From NCBI GenBank assembly GCA_036388595.1, contig DASVRN010000308.1, positions 1-57,748 on the forward strand: a stretch of DNA of 57,748 bases, written 5' to 3'. Shown piece by piece: positions 25,843 through 35,900 of this stretch (position 1 is the stretch's first letter; each line of letters begins with the position of its first letter). The notes beneath the pieces were generated by a model that did no database searches, was not told the origin of the DNA, and saw nothing but the letters and a program-made list of their open reading frames with translations. The translations under genes and the position numbers were made by a program. This DNA is from Chloroflexia bacterium (GTDB lineage: Bacteria > Chloroflexota > Chloroflexia > QHBQ01 > JADMIH01).

Positions 25843-26883
25843 GGCTTCTTCATTCGGGACTGGGGCAACAGGCACGCTAAGCAATTCTGCTGCTTTACGC
25901 TTCGCCACCTCCCCACGCCTGTCATAGCGGGCCGTGGTGGTGACGTTGGCGTGCCCGGCCAGTCGCTGGACCGTGGAGATGTCAGCCCCCGCGTCAAGGA
26001 GGTCTCCTATCATCGTTCGGCGCAGGTCGTGGGGAGAGAAGTGCTCCACCCCGGCTTCCCTGGCCCGCTTGAGCAGGACCTTGCGCACAGCCTGGTCGGT
26101 GAGCCTGCGAACCGTTATTTTCCCCGCCTTGTTCACCGGACAGAATAGTGGCCCAACCGCCTTGCCCCGCGCCTTGAGCCAGGCTTCGAGAGCGTTGCGC
26201 GCACCTCCGGTAGCATAATTAGTGCGCGCCTTGTTCCCCTTGCCCGACCTCACACGCAATGCACCATCTTTCGCCACATAGTCGGTAACATCGAGCGCTA
26301 CAAGCTCGCTACGTCGCAGCCCGCAACCATACAGCACTGCCAGCATGGCGGCGTCCCTAAGCCCCGCAGGCGAGTTGTCAAGGGCGCAACGGGCGAATAG
26401 CTGTCCCAGCTCCTCTCCGTCCAATGCGCGCCCCCTGGGAGGCGTAGAGCCTCGCACGGAAGGAAGGTCGGCGGCGCGGTGGTAGTCCTCGGCGCTCACC
26501 TGTCCGAGCCGCCACGCCTCCCTCAGCACCCCTCGCAGGGCCGCCAGCATCTTGTTGGCGGTCGCGGGCGCGTAGAGGTCGGCCAGCACCGAGCGTACGG
26601 CAGCTGTGTGCTGGTACCGCAGGGCGCTCCAGTCGAGGCCTTGCATGTTGAAACGGTTCGAGGTGAGTATCCCCGCGACGACATCCAGGGCTTCGGACAT
26701 GGTGCGGCGCGAGCCTGGGGCCAGCCTGGCAAGGTAGACGGCCGCGGGGTGCTGGTCGGCGCTGAGAGGATATTGCAAAAAAAGGCCCTTCGCCTGGTGA
26801 TCGGGTACGAGGCTCAGGTTGTTCCCCGTAGCGTCTGGTCCTGTGAGATCGTTCTCACGGTGAAGTGGTTCCAGGGAGCGCAT
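25831..26883 (-). CDS. tyrosine-type site-specific recombinase / integrase
   Basis: Catalytic signature in order: [10 protein letters not shown] (Arg), HDLRRT (His-x-x-Arg), [16 protein letters not shown] (His, Tyr). N-terminal SAM-like core-binding region. Confidence 0.9.
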   Translation of the reverse strand: MRSLEPLHRENDLTGPDATGNNLSLVPDHQAKGLFLQYPLSADQHPAAVYLARLAPGSRRTMSEALDVVAGILTSNRFNMQGLDWSALRYQHTAAVRSVLADLYAPATANKMLAALRGVLREAWRLGQVSAEDYHRAADLPSVRGSTPPRGRALDGEELGQLFARCALDNSPAGLRDAAMLAVLYGCGLRRSELVALDVTDYVAKDGALRVRSGKGNKARTNYATGGARNALEAWLKARGKAVGPLFCPVNKAGKITVRRLTDQAVRKVLLKRAREAGVEHFSPHDLRRTMIGDLLDAGADISTVQRLAGHANVTTTARYDRRGEVAKRKAAELLSVPVAPVPNEEANAD

Positions 26884-27174
26884 GCCGCAATGTTCCTTTC
26901 GTTGGCTTTACCTGGATCTCATGAGCTTGACTTTAGGTTAGCCGTGTGTCTAGAGTAGCACAGATCTATAGTTCTCATGGCGTTATTCGCTACTCCTGCC
27001 TCCGCTCTAAAGCTGGGGCTAGCACACAGAGCCAGGATTTCCTTTGGACGATCATCGTTGGTCTGGCAGCCTCCTTAGCCAGTGACTGACTATTTGCTTA
27101 TGAACGTTCTGACTTGGTGGATGTATACTGGAGAGTAGGGATAAGTTTAGCGTTGATACGTAGTGGGAGTGCAA

Positions 27175-28323
27175 ATGATATCGCTCATCAATCGGCCACT
27201 TCACCTTAGCATTGCAGTTGCCTCCGACGAACCCGGATTTGCCCTCGAATTGCGACTTATCAAAGCTGCTTTGCTCTATGCAGATCAAGCTACGGTTTTT
27301 AACTTTCAACATGCAGTGTTCGGTCCAATGATTCTGCGGGCGCAACAGAATACAGATAGGACTCCGTTCAGTTCTATAGTCCTGAAGTCACTAGCGGAAG
27401 GCTCAACAGGTAAAGGAATTTCACCTAGCCTTCTTCTTCACCAGATCCAAGAAATAAATCGGGCAATGAACAGTGGCTACGTTCATGAGGGATATTCGGA
27501 CCCCGCATCCGAGTTAGTTTCCTGGCTGATCGAACTGATCAATTATATAACAGAATCTAGAGGCGAGAAAAACGTTCCCGATAGTTCTGCTTTACCTACT
27601 GGGTCTGTTCAAGCCGACGGGCCAGAACTACCTGAGGCGTTTAGGAACTCTAGTAAGCTCCTATTCAGGTCACTTGCAGACGGCACTACGTACCCGCTGT
27701 TGGATCGACAACATGTACAACAATGGGCACGTTATGTCGCAGAACTGCAAGCTGACAACACGACAGAAGTTGCAGCACCGGACCATGCAGAGACTATCTT
27801 CAAGGCAAAGGAGGTAAGTCTAGCCATCGACCTATTTGCCAGGCTACCAACCTTCACGACCGCATCCATAGATGAGATCCTGGACATCCGTCGAGAGCTA
27901 AACAACCCCTTGACGCACTTCCGTTCAGGGATAATCAAGCTAGCCGAGCAGATCACGTCCGAACCTTGGGACAAAGACTTCGAGCACGAAGCAGAGAGGT
28001 TGGTACGGCGAGACATAGAGCCTACAATTTTGCACTTGGAAGAGGATATTAGGTCCAACAAGCTCCTAACCAAACTAGCATACAAGGGCTTCAAGGATCC
28101 TATAGAAGTAAGCGGCGCAACAGGCTTAGGCTTTGTGCTAGGCAGTCTAGGAGGCGCTGCAACTTCTATAGTTGGTGCTATCGCAGGTGTTGGTGTAGCT
28201 GCACTAGATGTGTATAGGGAATGGAAGGATAAGAAAAGGGAGTTAGAGCGCAACCAAGTGTATTTCATTTACGAGGCTGGGCAGCGCCTGAATAGGCAAC
28301 ACCGTAAGCGACAAAGAAGGTGA
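27175..28323 (+). CDS. orphan hypothetical protein (382 aa) with a C-terminal glycine-zipper transmembrane segment and basic tail
   Basis: An uninterrupted 1.15-kb ORF in visibly AT-richer DNA. GGGAG before ATG 27175 (GTG 27163 is also possible). C-terminus GATGLGFVLGSLGGAATSIVGAIAGVGVAAL is followed by REWKDKKRE...RQHRKRQRR. No family was recognised. Confidence 0.75.
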   Translation: MISLINRPLHLSIAVASDEPGFALELRLIKAALLYADQATVFNFQHAVFGPMILRAQQNTDRTPFSSIVLKSLAEGSTGKGISPSLLLHQIQEINRAMNSGYVHEGYSDPASELVSWLIELINYITESRGEKNVPDSSALPTGSVQADGPELPEAFRNSSKLLFRSLADGTTYPLLDRQHVQQWARYVAELQADNTTEVAAPDHAETIFKAKEVSLAIDLFARLPTFTTASIDEILDIRRELNNPLTHFRSGIIKLAEQITSEPWDKDFEHEAERLVRRDIEPTILHLEEDIRSNKLLTKLAYKGFKDPIEVSGATGLGFVLGSLGGAATSIVGAIAGVGVAALDVYREWKDKKRELERNQVYFIYEAGQRLNRQHRKRQRR

Positions 28324-28656
28324 GCTAGAGGAAGGTGAGCACGTTATGGGTAGCCTCTTGTTTTCTGTTAACGAGCTTTAGATGCTTTTTCATCCGACAA
28401 TATCTTCCAGATGATAGCACATACTTGTCCATTTCCTCTACGGTCTCAACAGGCGGCCTAAGAGTAATGCGCTGCAAGTTCGACCCTTCAACCTATTTGG
28501 GCATTATAGAGGCTTCCTCCAGAGGCTGATACTGCCAAGTGTCGTACAGGAAGTGCTATTGCCTACCTGCATCAGATGATAGCATAAGTTCCGAGAAGGG
28601 TCATTCTCGTTACTAATAATCTTCCTATTTACTTGCTCAAGAAGGGGTGGTAATAT

Positions 28657-28697
28657 GACATCGTGGCATCTCTCTATAAGAGAGATGCCACGATGTC
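28657..28697. repeat. 18-bp perfect inverted repeat (5-nt loop) at the right edge of the low-GC region
   Basis: GACATCGTGGCATCTCTC (28657-28674), TATAA, GAGAGATGCCACGATGTC (28680-28697). Confidence 0.9.
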
Positions 28698-28735
28698 TAC
28701 TCTTCAACGTCCAAGATAGTACTGCCTTTATACAA

Positions 28736-28760
28736 GGTCGCTGCTGTTGTAGCAGCGACC
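28736..28760. repeat. 10-bp perfect GC-rich hairpin immediately upstream of the ABM-like gene
   Basis: GGTCGCTGCT (28736-28745), GTTGT, AGCAGCGACC (28751-28760). Confidence 0.85.
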
Positions 28761-28780
28761 TCAGAAAGTTGAGGTCCCTC

Positions 28781-29143
28781 ATGCACGCGGTCCTTACCAG
28801 ATTAACGGCAGCTCCCGGCAGATTCGATGAGGTAAAGGCCCTGGCCGCAGACCTCATCATGCCCGCGTACGTCGAGAACACAGCGCGAGGGGCCTATATC
28901 CTGGCGAATTGCGACCGAGCCGAGATCCTCGTCCTTGTCCTCTATGCCACTCGGGCCGAGGCTGAAAGCATAGAGTCGCATGAGACGCTACGCTCGCTAC
29001 GGGCAGACCGCCGGCATCTGCTCTTGTGCGACCCGACCACAGAGACGTTAGAGGTCCTGGCCGGTACATCGGGCAGCGCACCCGGACATCCCTTGAGCGG
29101 CGACGTTCTCGCTTTCCTTTCGGAAGTCAGCCGCGCCCTATAA
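28781..29143 (+). CDS. small ABM/Dabb-like (ferredoxin-fold monooxygenase-like) protein, hypothetical
   Basis: GAGGT RBS at 28771-28775 and ATG at 28781. High GC resumes here. MHAVLTRLTAAPGRFDEVKAL...LVLVLYATRAEAESIESHETLRSL resembles ABM domains. The upstream part of track ORF 28655.. is AT-rich and spans the palindromes. Confidence 0.5.
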   Translation: MHAVLTRLTAAPGRFDEVKALAADLIMPAYVENTARGAYILANCDRAEILVLVLYATRAEAESIESHETLRSLRADRRHLLLCDPTTETLEVLAGTSGSAPGHPLSGDVLAFLSEVSRAL

Positions 29144-29447
29144 AGTAGTCGAAGTCACTGAGCAGCGCTAACAGCCCGCTTGCCTCGGTAATACCGTCGA
29201 ACTCCCGTACTGCTTGCGCTCCCAACTGGCTGCTACCCGGAAACTCTCCTTGTGCTGCGACAATCTCCCGTACGCGTGATATGAAGACAAATTGCAGCCA
29301 ATGCACGAAGGGCATCGTATCCATGGCAAAGGCCGCGAGAAATTGGAAGGCTTCCGGCGGGGGCGGCGTCAAGCTCCACATGCCGGTACGCTTCATCTCA
29401 GTCTCAATGGCGTCTATCTTCCGTCGGGCGGCTTCGTAGTCTGGCAT
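29127..29447 (-). CDS. YqcC-like (DUF446) protein
   Basis: IDAIETEMKRTGMW...PPPPEAFQ...FAMDTMPFVHWLQFVFISRV matches the YqcC family pattern as I remember it. Confidence 0.6.
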   Translation of the reverse strand: MPDYEAARRKIDAIETEMKRTGMWSLTPPPPEAFQFLAAFAMDTMPFVHWLQFVFISRVREIVAAQGEFPGSSQLGAQAVREFDGITEASGLLALLSDFDYFIGRG

Positions 29448-29456
29448 TGGCCTATC

Positions 29457-30836
29457 CTACCTGCCCGCAGGCGCGACCCTGGAGGCTAGCCAGCGCTGGT
29501 ACCACCTGGCGCTGTCCTTCCAGATGCGCTCCTGCGTCTTGTAGTCCACGTAGATGAGGCCAAAGCGCCGTGAGTACCCATACGCCCACTCAAAGTTATC
29601 CAGCAGCGACCAGGCAAAGTAACCCTTCACAGGCACTCCCGCGCTTACGGCCTCGGAGACTGCTTCGACGTGGCTCTCCAGGTAGGCCCGGCGCCTTGCG
29701 TCGTGTACCGCACCTTCCGCTGTGACGCTGTCGTGGAACGCGGCCCCATTTTCGGTGATGTAGTACGCGCCAGCCGGGTAGTCTCGGTGCAGGCGCTCTA
29801 GCAGTTCTCGTAGGCCGTCCGGGTAGACCTCCCAACCCATCTCGGTGTACTCCCTGCCGTCTGGCTTGATCGTCTCGAACGGCAGCTTTCCGTCCTTGAA
29901 CCACTGGCTTTGGTCCCGGTGCCTCACGACACTGCGGGTATAATAGTTGACCCCCAGGAAATCCAAGGGCTGCCGGATGGTCGAGAAGTCTCCCTCTTCT
30001 ATGGCGGGACTTGCATCGCCCAATAGCTGTGATATGTCGTCCGGGTAGCTTCCGCTGAAAAGCGGGTCTAGGAACCAGCGGTTATGGAAAGCGTCAGCCA
30101 GCCGCGCCGCCTCGTCGTCTTCCGTGCTGTCACCTGCTGGGTGGACGGGGTTGAGGTTCAGTGTGATGCCCGCAGTAGAGTTTGGGACTGCGGCCCTGAT
30201 CGCCTGGATAGCCATGCCATGCGCCCGCAGGCTGTTGTGCGCCGCCGCGAATGCTAGCCTGAGCGACCGCATCCCAGGCGCGTGCACGCCCCATAGGTGC
30301 CCATCAAAGGCCGTCACCTTAGGCTCGTTGAGCGTGATCCAGTGTTTGACTCTGTCGCCCAGCCTCTCAGTCACAGCGCTTGTATAAGAGGCGAAGTATG
30401 GAGCAATGTCCCGGTCCCCCCAGCCGCCCCTGTCCTGCAATGCCTGAGGCAGGTCCCAGTGATAGAGCGTGGCGAACGGTAGAATGCCCGCCTCCAATAA
30501 CGCGTCGGTGAGCCGGTCGTAGAAGTCCAGCCCGGCCGAGTTCACTTTGCCCCGCCCTTCGGGCAAGACCCTGGGCCACGAAATTGAGAAGCGGTAGGCG
30601 TCCAGGCCCAACTGCTTCATCAAAGTCACGTCTTCGCGCCACAGCCTATAATGATCGCAGGCCACATCACCGCTGTCGCCGTTAGCGATAGTGCCCGGTA
30701 TGCGGCAGAACCGGTCCCAGATGCTCTCGCCCTTACCATCTGCTCTCGGACTGCCTTCGATCTGGTAGGCCGCGGTGGCGGCACCCCAAACGAAGTCGCG
30801 GGGGAATAGAGGACCATTTATGAGGCTCGAGTCCAA
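29457..30836 (-). CDS. GH1 beta-glucosidase
   Basis: FPRDFVWGAATAAYQIEG, acid/base WITLNEP, nucleophile YITENGAAF, and WSLLDNFEW. Confidence 0.95.
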   Translation of the reverse strand: MDSSLINGPLFPRDFVWGAATAAYQIEGSPRADGKGESIWDRFCRIPGTIANGDSGDVACDHYRLWREDVTLMKQLGLDAYRFSISWPRVLPEGRGKVNSAGLDFYDRLTDALLEAGILPFATLYHWDLPQALQDRGGWGDRDIAPYFASYTSAVTERLGDRVKHWITLNEPKVTAFDGHLWGVHAPGMRSLRLAFAAAHNSLRAHGMAIQAIRAAVPNSTAGITLNLNPVHPAGDSTEDDEAARLADAFHNRWFLDPLFSGSYPDDISQLLGDASPAIEEGDFSTIRQPLDFLGVNYYTRSVVRHRDQSQWFKDGKLPFETIKPDGREYTEMGWEVYPDGLRELLERLHRDYPAGAYYITENGAAFHDSVTAEGAVHDARRRAYLESHVEAVSEAVSAGVPVKGYFAWSLLDNFEWAYGYSRRFGLIYVDYKTQERIWKDSARWYQRWLASRVAPAGR

Positions 30837-30907
30837 GAAACTACCTCCGGCTGTTTAGTGGTTTCACGTTGCTACTTCCTTACATGTGAGCGGCAAGAAG
30901 AATGCCA

Positions 30908-31636
30908 CTACGGGACCCGGTAAAGTGCTATGATGAACAGCCGCTCTACTGTAACGTCACGCGTCGCCAGCTGCTGCACTACCCAGCCATCTCCCCGGAA
31001 GATCTGGAAGACCGACTTGAGATCGGTGCTGTCGGCCAGCACGAGTAAACACTGGCCGCTAGGTGTCAGATAGTCTCCCCAGGATTGTGAAAAACGCCGG
31101 AGCCACTGAAAGTCCTCACCGGCCATGTAGGCAAGCATACCCGGCGACGAAGGCTCACCCCGCAGGTAAGGCGGGTTGCACACGACCAGGTCGAAGAGCT
31201 GCCCGGCCACCGGCTCGAACATGTCGCCATGCACCACTTTCACTCTGCCCGCCAGGCCGTACAATGAAGCATTCAGCCGCGCGGTTAGCACTGCCGCCGG
31301 GTTCAGATCGACCGCCGTCACCTGGCCGGCACCAGCAAGGGCAGCGCTGATCGCAAGCACTCCGCTGCCGGTGCCAATATCCAGCACCCGTGCCCTACGC
31401 GCTATCACGCCGGGCTGTGCCAGGTGTTCCGCGAAGAACGCGCTCGTATAGTGCAGGGCCGGGTTGAAGGTAGTAGGCCCGACCAGCAGCCTCAGTCCCG
31501 CTACCTTCACGTACCGCGAGGTGTGCACATCGGGCGAGAAGTCCCGGTACCTCCAGGCGAGCCAGGACTTGGCCGCACGCCTTACTAACCTCCTAACGGG
31601 TGACCGCTTGCCGCCTAACAGCCTCTGTAGCTTCAA
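30908..31636 (-). CDS. SAM-dependent methyltransferase with NPPY motif (HemK/small-MTase-like)
   Basis: Motif I VLDIGTGSGVLA and motif IV VVCNPPYL. Confidence 0.8.
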   Translation of the reverse strand: MKLQRLLGGKRSPVRRLVRRAAKSWLAWRYRDFSPDVHTSRYVKVAGLRLLVGPTTFNPALHYTSAFFAEHLAQPGVIARRARVLDIGTGSGVLAISAALAGAGQVTAVDLNPAAVLTARLNASLYGLAGRVKVVHGDMFEPVAGQLFDLVVCNPPYLRGEPSSPGMLAYMAGEDFQWLRRFSQSWGDYLTPSGQCLLVLADSTDLKSVFQIFRGDGWVVQQLATRDVTVERLFIIALYRVP

Positions 31637-31778
31637 TTTTTACCCGTGGACGTGGTTAGCCAAGCACAAAACGTATGGAACTTGCAATGTGATTGGCTAA
31701 ATGCACAATCTCCAAAAGTACAAATTGCAGCAACAGGGTACAATTGCGTACTGAGCACATCCAGCAGCATTCGATCTA

Positions 31779-32828
31779 TCATGGCTTGCGCACCATCTCC
31801 AGCAGTATGTGGTCGCCTGCGACATTAAAGGGCCAACGGTGCGCCAGCCTGAGTTCCCACCTGGCAAGACGCCGAAAGTGGTCGGGTCCGTGTCTGACGA
31901 GCCGTTCAAGGTAGGGCGGAGGCAAGGCCCACGTCAGAGCCGAGCGACGGGTGATCGAGAAATGCGGTGAGAACAGGCGCTCCGCCGTGCCGGCAGTCCA
32001 GTAGTAGACCGGTATTCTCCGCTCGCCCCACGCAGCCCTCACGGTTGCCTCAGCGTACCCTCCCCATCGCCGGAAAGCGGTCCGGGGCTGCAATCTTGCA
32101 AGGTGCCAGATGGTCTCCCAGGCACAGTAGCGGTTGAGCAGCGATATAACCACCTTCCCGCCGGGCGCTACGAGCTCGGTCAGCCCCGCGACGACCGGCC
32201 GCAAGTCCGGTTCGCAATTCAGCGGCCCGAAGCTCGAATACGCACCCGACAAGGAAGCCCTACCATATTCCGCCACCAGAAGCCCTATATCACGTGCTGC
32301 TAGCACCCTGGTTGATACAAGCCCGCCACTGTCTCTGCCCATCTTACCTGCGGCTAGCTTTGCAGACAGGACCTCAATCATGCCCTCTGCCGCGTCCGTG
32401 GCAAGCACTTCTACTCCCCTGGACGCCAGGTATAACGCCTCCTCACCTGTGCCGCAACCAATCTCCAGCACCCGTGCGCCCGCCCCAAACGTATCACGTA
32501 ACACATGAAGATTACGGGCACGCGTCCACCTGGCTAGAAGGTTGCCATGTTGCTCCGCGTCGTAAAAAGGAGCGTAGCGGGTGAAAGCCCCGGCCGCGGC
32601 CTCACCCTTCCTCAAATCGCCGTGTTTCCCCTCTTGGTTTAGTTGCCGCACTTTTTCCACGTTAGGCAGTATATCAGATGGAATGCTGCCCCAGGTAGTA
32701 GGACTTACCCCCTCTCCCCTGCCCCGGTGGCGCGTGCGGGCCACGCGTACCACATGACATAAGTACAAATTGCCTATTGTGCATGTGTTGCTAATTCGGT
32801 TACTATCGTTCTGAGACGCTCGCGTCAT
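31779..32828 (-). CDS. class I SAM-dependent methyltransferase
   Basis: Motif I VLEIGCGTGEEALYLA, with post-I acidic VLATDAAEGM. The true start may lie downstream of 32828. Confidence 0.75.
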   Translation of the reverse strand: MTRASQNDSNRISNTCTIGNLYLCHVVRVARTRHRGRGEGVSPTTWGSIPSDILPNVEKVRQLNQEGKHGDLRKGEAAAGAFTRYAPFYDAEQHGNLLARWTRARNLHVLRDTFGAGARVLEIGCGTGEEALYLASRGVEVLATDAAEGMIEVLSAKLAAGKMGRDSGGLVSTRVLAARDIGLLVAEYGRASLSGAYSSFGPLNCEPDLRPVVAGLTELVAPGGKVVISLLNRYCAWETIWHLARLQPRTAFRRWGGYAEATVRAAWGERRIPVYYWTAGTAERLFSPHFSITRRSALTWALPPPYLERLVRHGPDHFRRLARWELRLAHRWPFNVAGDHILLEMVRKP

Positions 32829-32903
32829 GCGCGCGGTATGCCTTTTCTCAATTACAACGCCACAAATTACGACCCTACCACACTGCTCAACAATGGAGGG
32901 CCA

Positions 32904-35900
32904 ATGCTCTTCTTGCGTCGATTCCTGGCAAACAAGACCGCCCGTGTCGCACTTGCTCTTTGCTTTTTAACCGGAGCCGCGCTCCAGGCTATTCCCCTGA
33001 ACTTATTCCCTTCGCAGCTTGCGGTGGCGGAAAGCAGCGCCAATGGCGCAGATGCTCCGGCCGTGGAGGGGTGGGTCAAAGACCGGACCGGCTCCGCACC
33101 CGTTGCGGGTGCGCAGGTAACCTTGAACGGCTCGGTGTCCGCTACAACTACCACGGACGCTGAGGGTTACTTCTCGTTCGCCGCCAACGCAGCGCAGCTG
33201 GAGAGTGCCACCGGCGAGCAGGGCTTGCCGGTCTCGGTTCAGGTCAGTGCGCCCGGTCACGGAAGCTGGTCTATCTCCGACGCAAAGTACTTCAGCGGGG
33301 CAGCCTTACGCGTGCACGCCCAGCTGCCCGCCCCAGACGAACCGCCTGCTATTCACACTGCTGCCTCACCCTCGGGTGAAAACCTCGAAGAGCAGATTGC
33401 CGGTGGTTTCTCCCCACCCGAAGCTGATGCGGAATCTCGCAACCAAATGGCGCTCGACAGGGCCTTTGCCCAGGTAGATGCCCTTGCCGCCAACTCTGCC
33501 CTGGTGCCGCCCGCTACGATACGGGTCTACCGCACCGCCACGGGGCAGGTTGAGGTGGTGCCATTCCGCGAGTATGTGAAGCACGTGCTCCCGTCGGAGT
33601 GGATACCGACCTGGAAGATGTCTTCGCTCCAGGCAGGCGCGATGGCCGTAAAGACTTACGCCTGGTACTGGGTGGCGCGCGGCGGCAAGCAGGTGGCGCT
33701 AGGAGCCGACGTAAAGGACAACACCGAGGACCAGGTATACGATCCCAACCTCAGCTATTCGACCACGGACGAGGCTGTGGATGCGACTTTCAACTATGCC
33801 ATGACGCGTGGGGGTGCCTTATTCCAGGCGCAATATTGCGCAGGCTCCTACGACGCCGACCCCGCCGGTGAGTGCCCCTGGCCCGGCCCCTATATGACGC
33901 AGTGGGGCAGCGCGTGGCATGCCGACCAGGGCCGTAGCTGGGGCTGGCTCATCCAGTTCTACTATTCCGACGCGGTTGTCACGCCCGCGCCGCCCGGTGG
34001 CGGTTATGAGGGTCCGCCACCAGCGCCACCCGCGCCACCAGCACCGCCCGCCGCCAGGCAACCCGAGCCGACCCCGGTACCGGCCAACTTTGAGGTAGGG
34101 CAAGGGTCCGACTATCCGCAGGCGTTCCGCGAAGCATTTGAGCGCAATGGTGGCACGGCGGCGCTTGGCAGGCCCACAGGTCCCGTGCGTTGGTGGCTAC
34201 CCTACGTATCCGAGCACAACGTGGTAGCGCAGCGGTTCAGCGGCGCCGATGGCAAGGGTAACACCTGGCTCGTGTTCGACGTGCTCAAGGTCCCCAATAT
34301 GGGCGTGAGCCGCGCCTACCTTTTATCTGGGGCGCTCGCCACCGCGTATGCCACGCACGAGCCGCCGGGTCCTGAATGGCTTGGTGCTCCAACCTCTGAC
34401 CCGTTTACGGTGGGCGGTGGGGCAGCGACCCGGCAGGGCTTCGTAAGAGGCGTGCTGACCCTCTCCGGCGACAAGATAGAGGCCGCACCCTGGCCGCAAA
34501 GCTTCCCCAACTGGAAGGCCGAGTACTTTGCTGGACACCAGGCACCTTCCCCACAGTTGGCCCCCCCACACGACCTTCCCGGCCACCCTGCCTCGGTGCA
34601 GGACGTGACATCACCCAGCTTTGCGTGGTCCGCTGACCAGCAGAAGCCGTACTCTGTCGGTGCGGGCAAGGCAGACTGGTCGGTACAGTTCACCCGGCAA
34701 GAAGAGACGGCCGGGGGTGTCTACGAGTTCACTCTGAGGTCCGACAGCGGGGTGCGCCTGTGGATCGATAACTTGCTGGCTGTAAACGGCTGGCATTGGA
34801 ACACCCTGCAACAGGAGCGTTATACGGCCGAGCTGTCTCCGGGTGCTCACCAGATTCGCGTACAGTACTATAACCTCGACGCTTCCGCCGAGCTTGGATT
34901 TGAGATGAAGAAGCCCGGCTCGGCAACACCGCCCGCTGCCGCGTCGGCGCCCGTCGCTCCACCGCAGCCCCAGCAGCCTCCACAGGCCCCCGGTACGGCG
35001 CAGTTGCGGGTGCGGGTGCAGTGGCTCGGTCGCGGCGCTGCGCCAAGTGATAGCTGGGTGCAGCCGCTGACCCTTCAACTTAGCACTCCGGGGAGCGCCG
35101 CTGTAGTGGGCACCTTCCAAGGGGCTACAGATCGCGACGGTGTGGCGCACTACTCCGGCCTACCGGCGGGCATATACAACGTCCACGTGAAAGGCCCTCA
35201 CAGCCTCCAAAGCGCCAGGGCCAACATCGCCCTGACCGCAGGTGCAAGCCAAGAACTGGATATGAAAACGCAGGTCGAAGGTGACGTGAACGGTGACAAC
35301 TGCGTAACGGTTGACGATTATTCGTACTTACAAGCTCGCATGGGTACGCACCGGGGCATGGAAGGCTTTGGCGCTACCGCCGATTTGAACAACGACGGCG
35401 CGGTAAGCATGTCGGATGTGAGCCTGTTGCGTTCCGGCTTCGACCGCTGCGGTGACGTATCGGCGGACGCCCAGTTCAGTTTGCAGAGCGCCAGCGCGGC
35501 CCCGCCCCTGTCCCAGGTGCTCGCCCCGTGGCTGCGACCTGACACGTTGGCGCGGAACCTGGGCCTTTCAATCTGGACTTCCGCCGACCAGGTTCGAGTA
35601 GGCGATTACGTGGACGTGGCGGTGCTGGCCGAAACGGGCGCGCAAGCAATAGACGGAGCGGCATTTGTAGTCAAGTTCGACCCCTCGGTGCTCGTGCCCG
35701 TAGGTGCCGGTGGCGGCCCCGCGTTCGGCATGGAGCCTGGAGTGGCCCTTCCGTCGGTTATGGGCAACTGGGTGGATGGCAACGGCGGTGCGGCGGGCTT
35801 CTCGGCGGGCATGTTGCAAGGAGAGGCTCCGTCCGGCCAAGTGGTCCTGGCGAAGTTGCGGTTCCGAGTCGTAGCCGCCCCCGCGAATGGTGCCACGGCC

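Noticed and set aside
25777-27174. tRNA or tmRNA gene as the integration target next to the integrase
   Set aside because: Reading both flanks of the integrase, I found no cloverleaf-compatible sequence and no GTTCGAATC-like T-loop. This was a visual scan, so a tRNA search program should confirm it.
28325-28432. 35-aa minus-strand ORF (MDKYVLSSGRYCRMKKHLKLVNRKQEATHNVLTFL), convergent with the orphan gene, as a possible antitoxin or small partner
   Set aside because: The only SD-like sequence (GAGGA) sits 1 nt from the ATG, which is too close. There is no homology or conservation evidence, so it is kept only as a remark in the tail finding.
28408-28586. Direct repeat CAGATGATAGCA(C/T)A at 28408-28421 and 28573-28586 as possible att or operator sites
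   Set aside because: A 12-nt exact match within about 200 bp is close to chance expectation for a window this size, by my rough estimate. Nothing else supports a function.
25801-28760. Integron (intI divergent from a cassette ending in an attC-like hairpin)
   Set aside because: The geometry is superficially similar. However, the recombinase shows no sign of the extra IntI-specific segment and looks like a generic XerD/phage-type integrase. The palindromes are perfect and lack the RYYYAAC/GTTRRRY core sites of attC. Only one cargo ORF is present, and it has its own promoter-like region.
28504-28881. Track ORFs 28504..28881 (minus), 28335..28529 (plus), and the 5-prime part of 28655..29143
   Set aside because: They span the compositional boundary and both palindromes, overlap the better-supported ABM-like CDS, and lack RBS or motifs.
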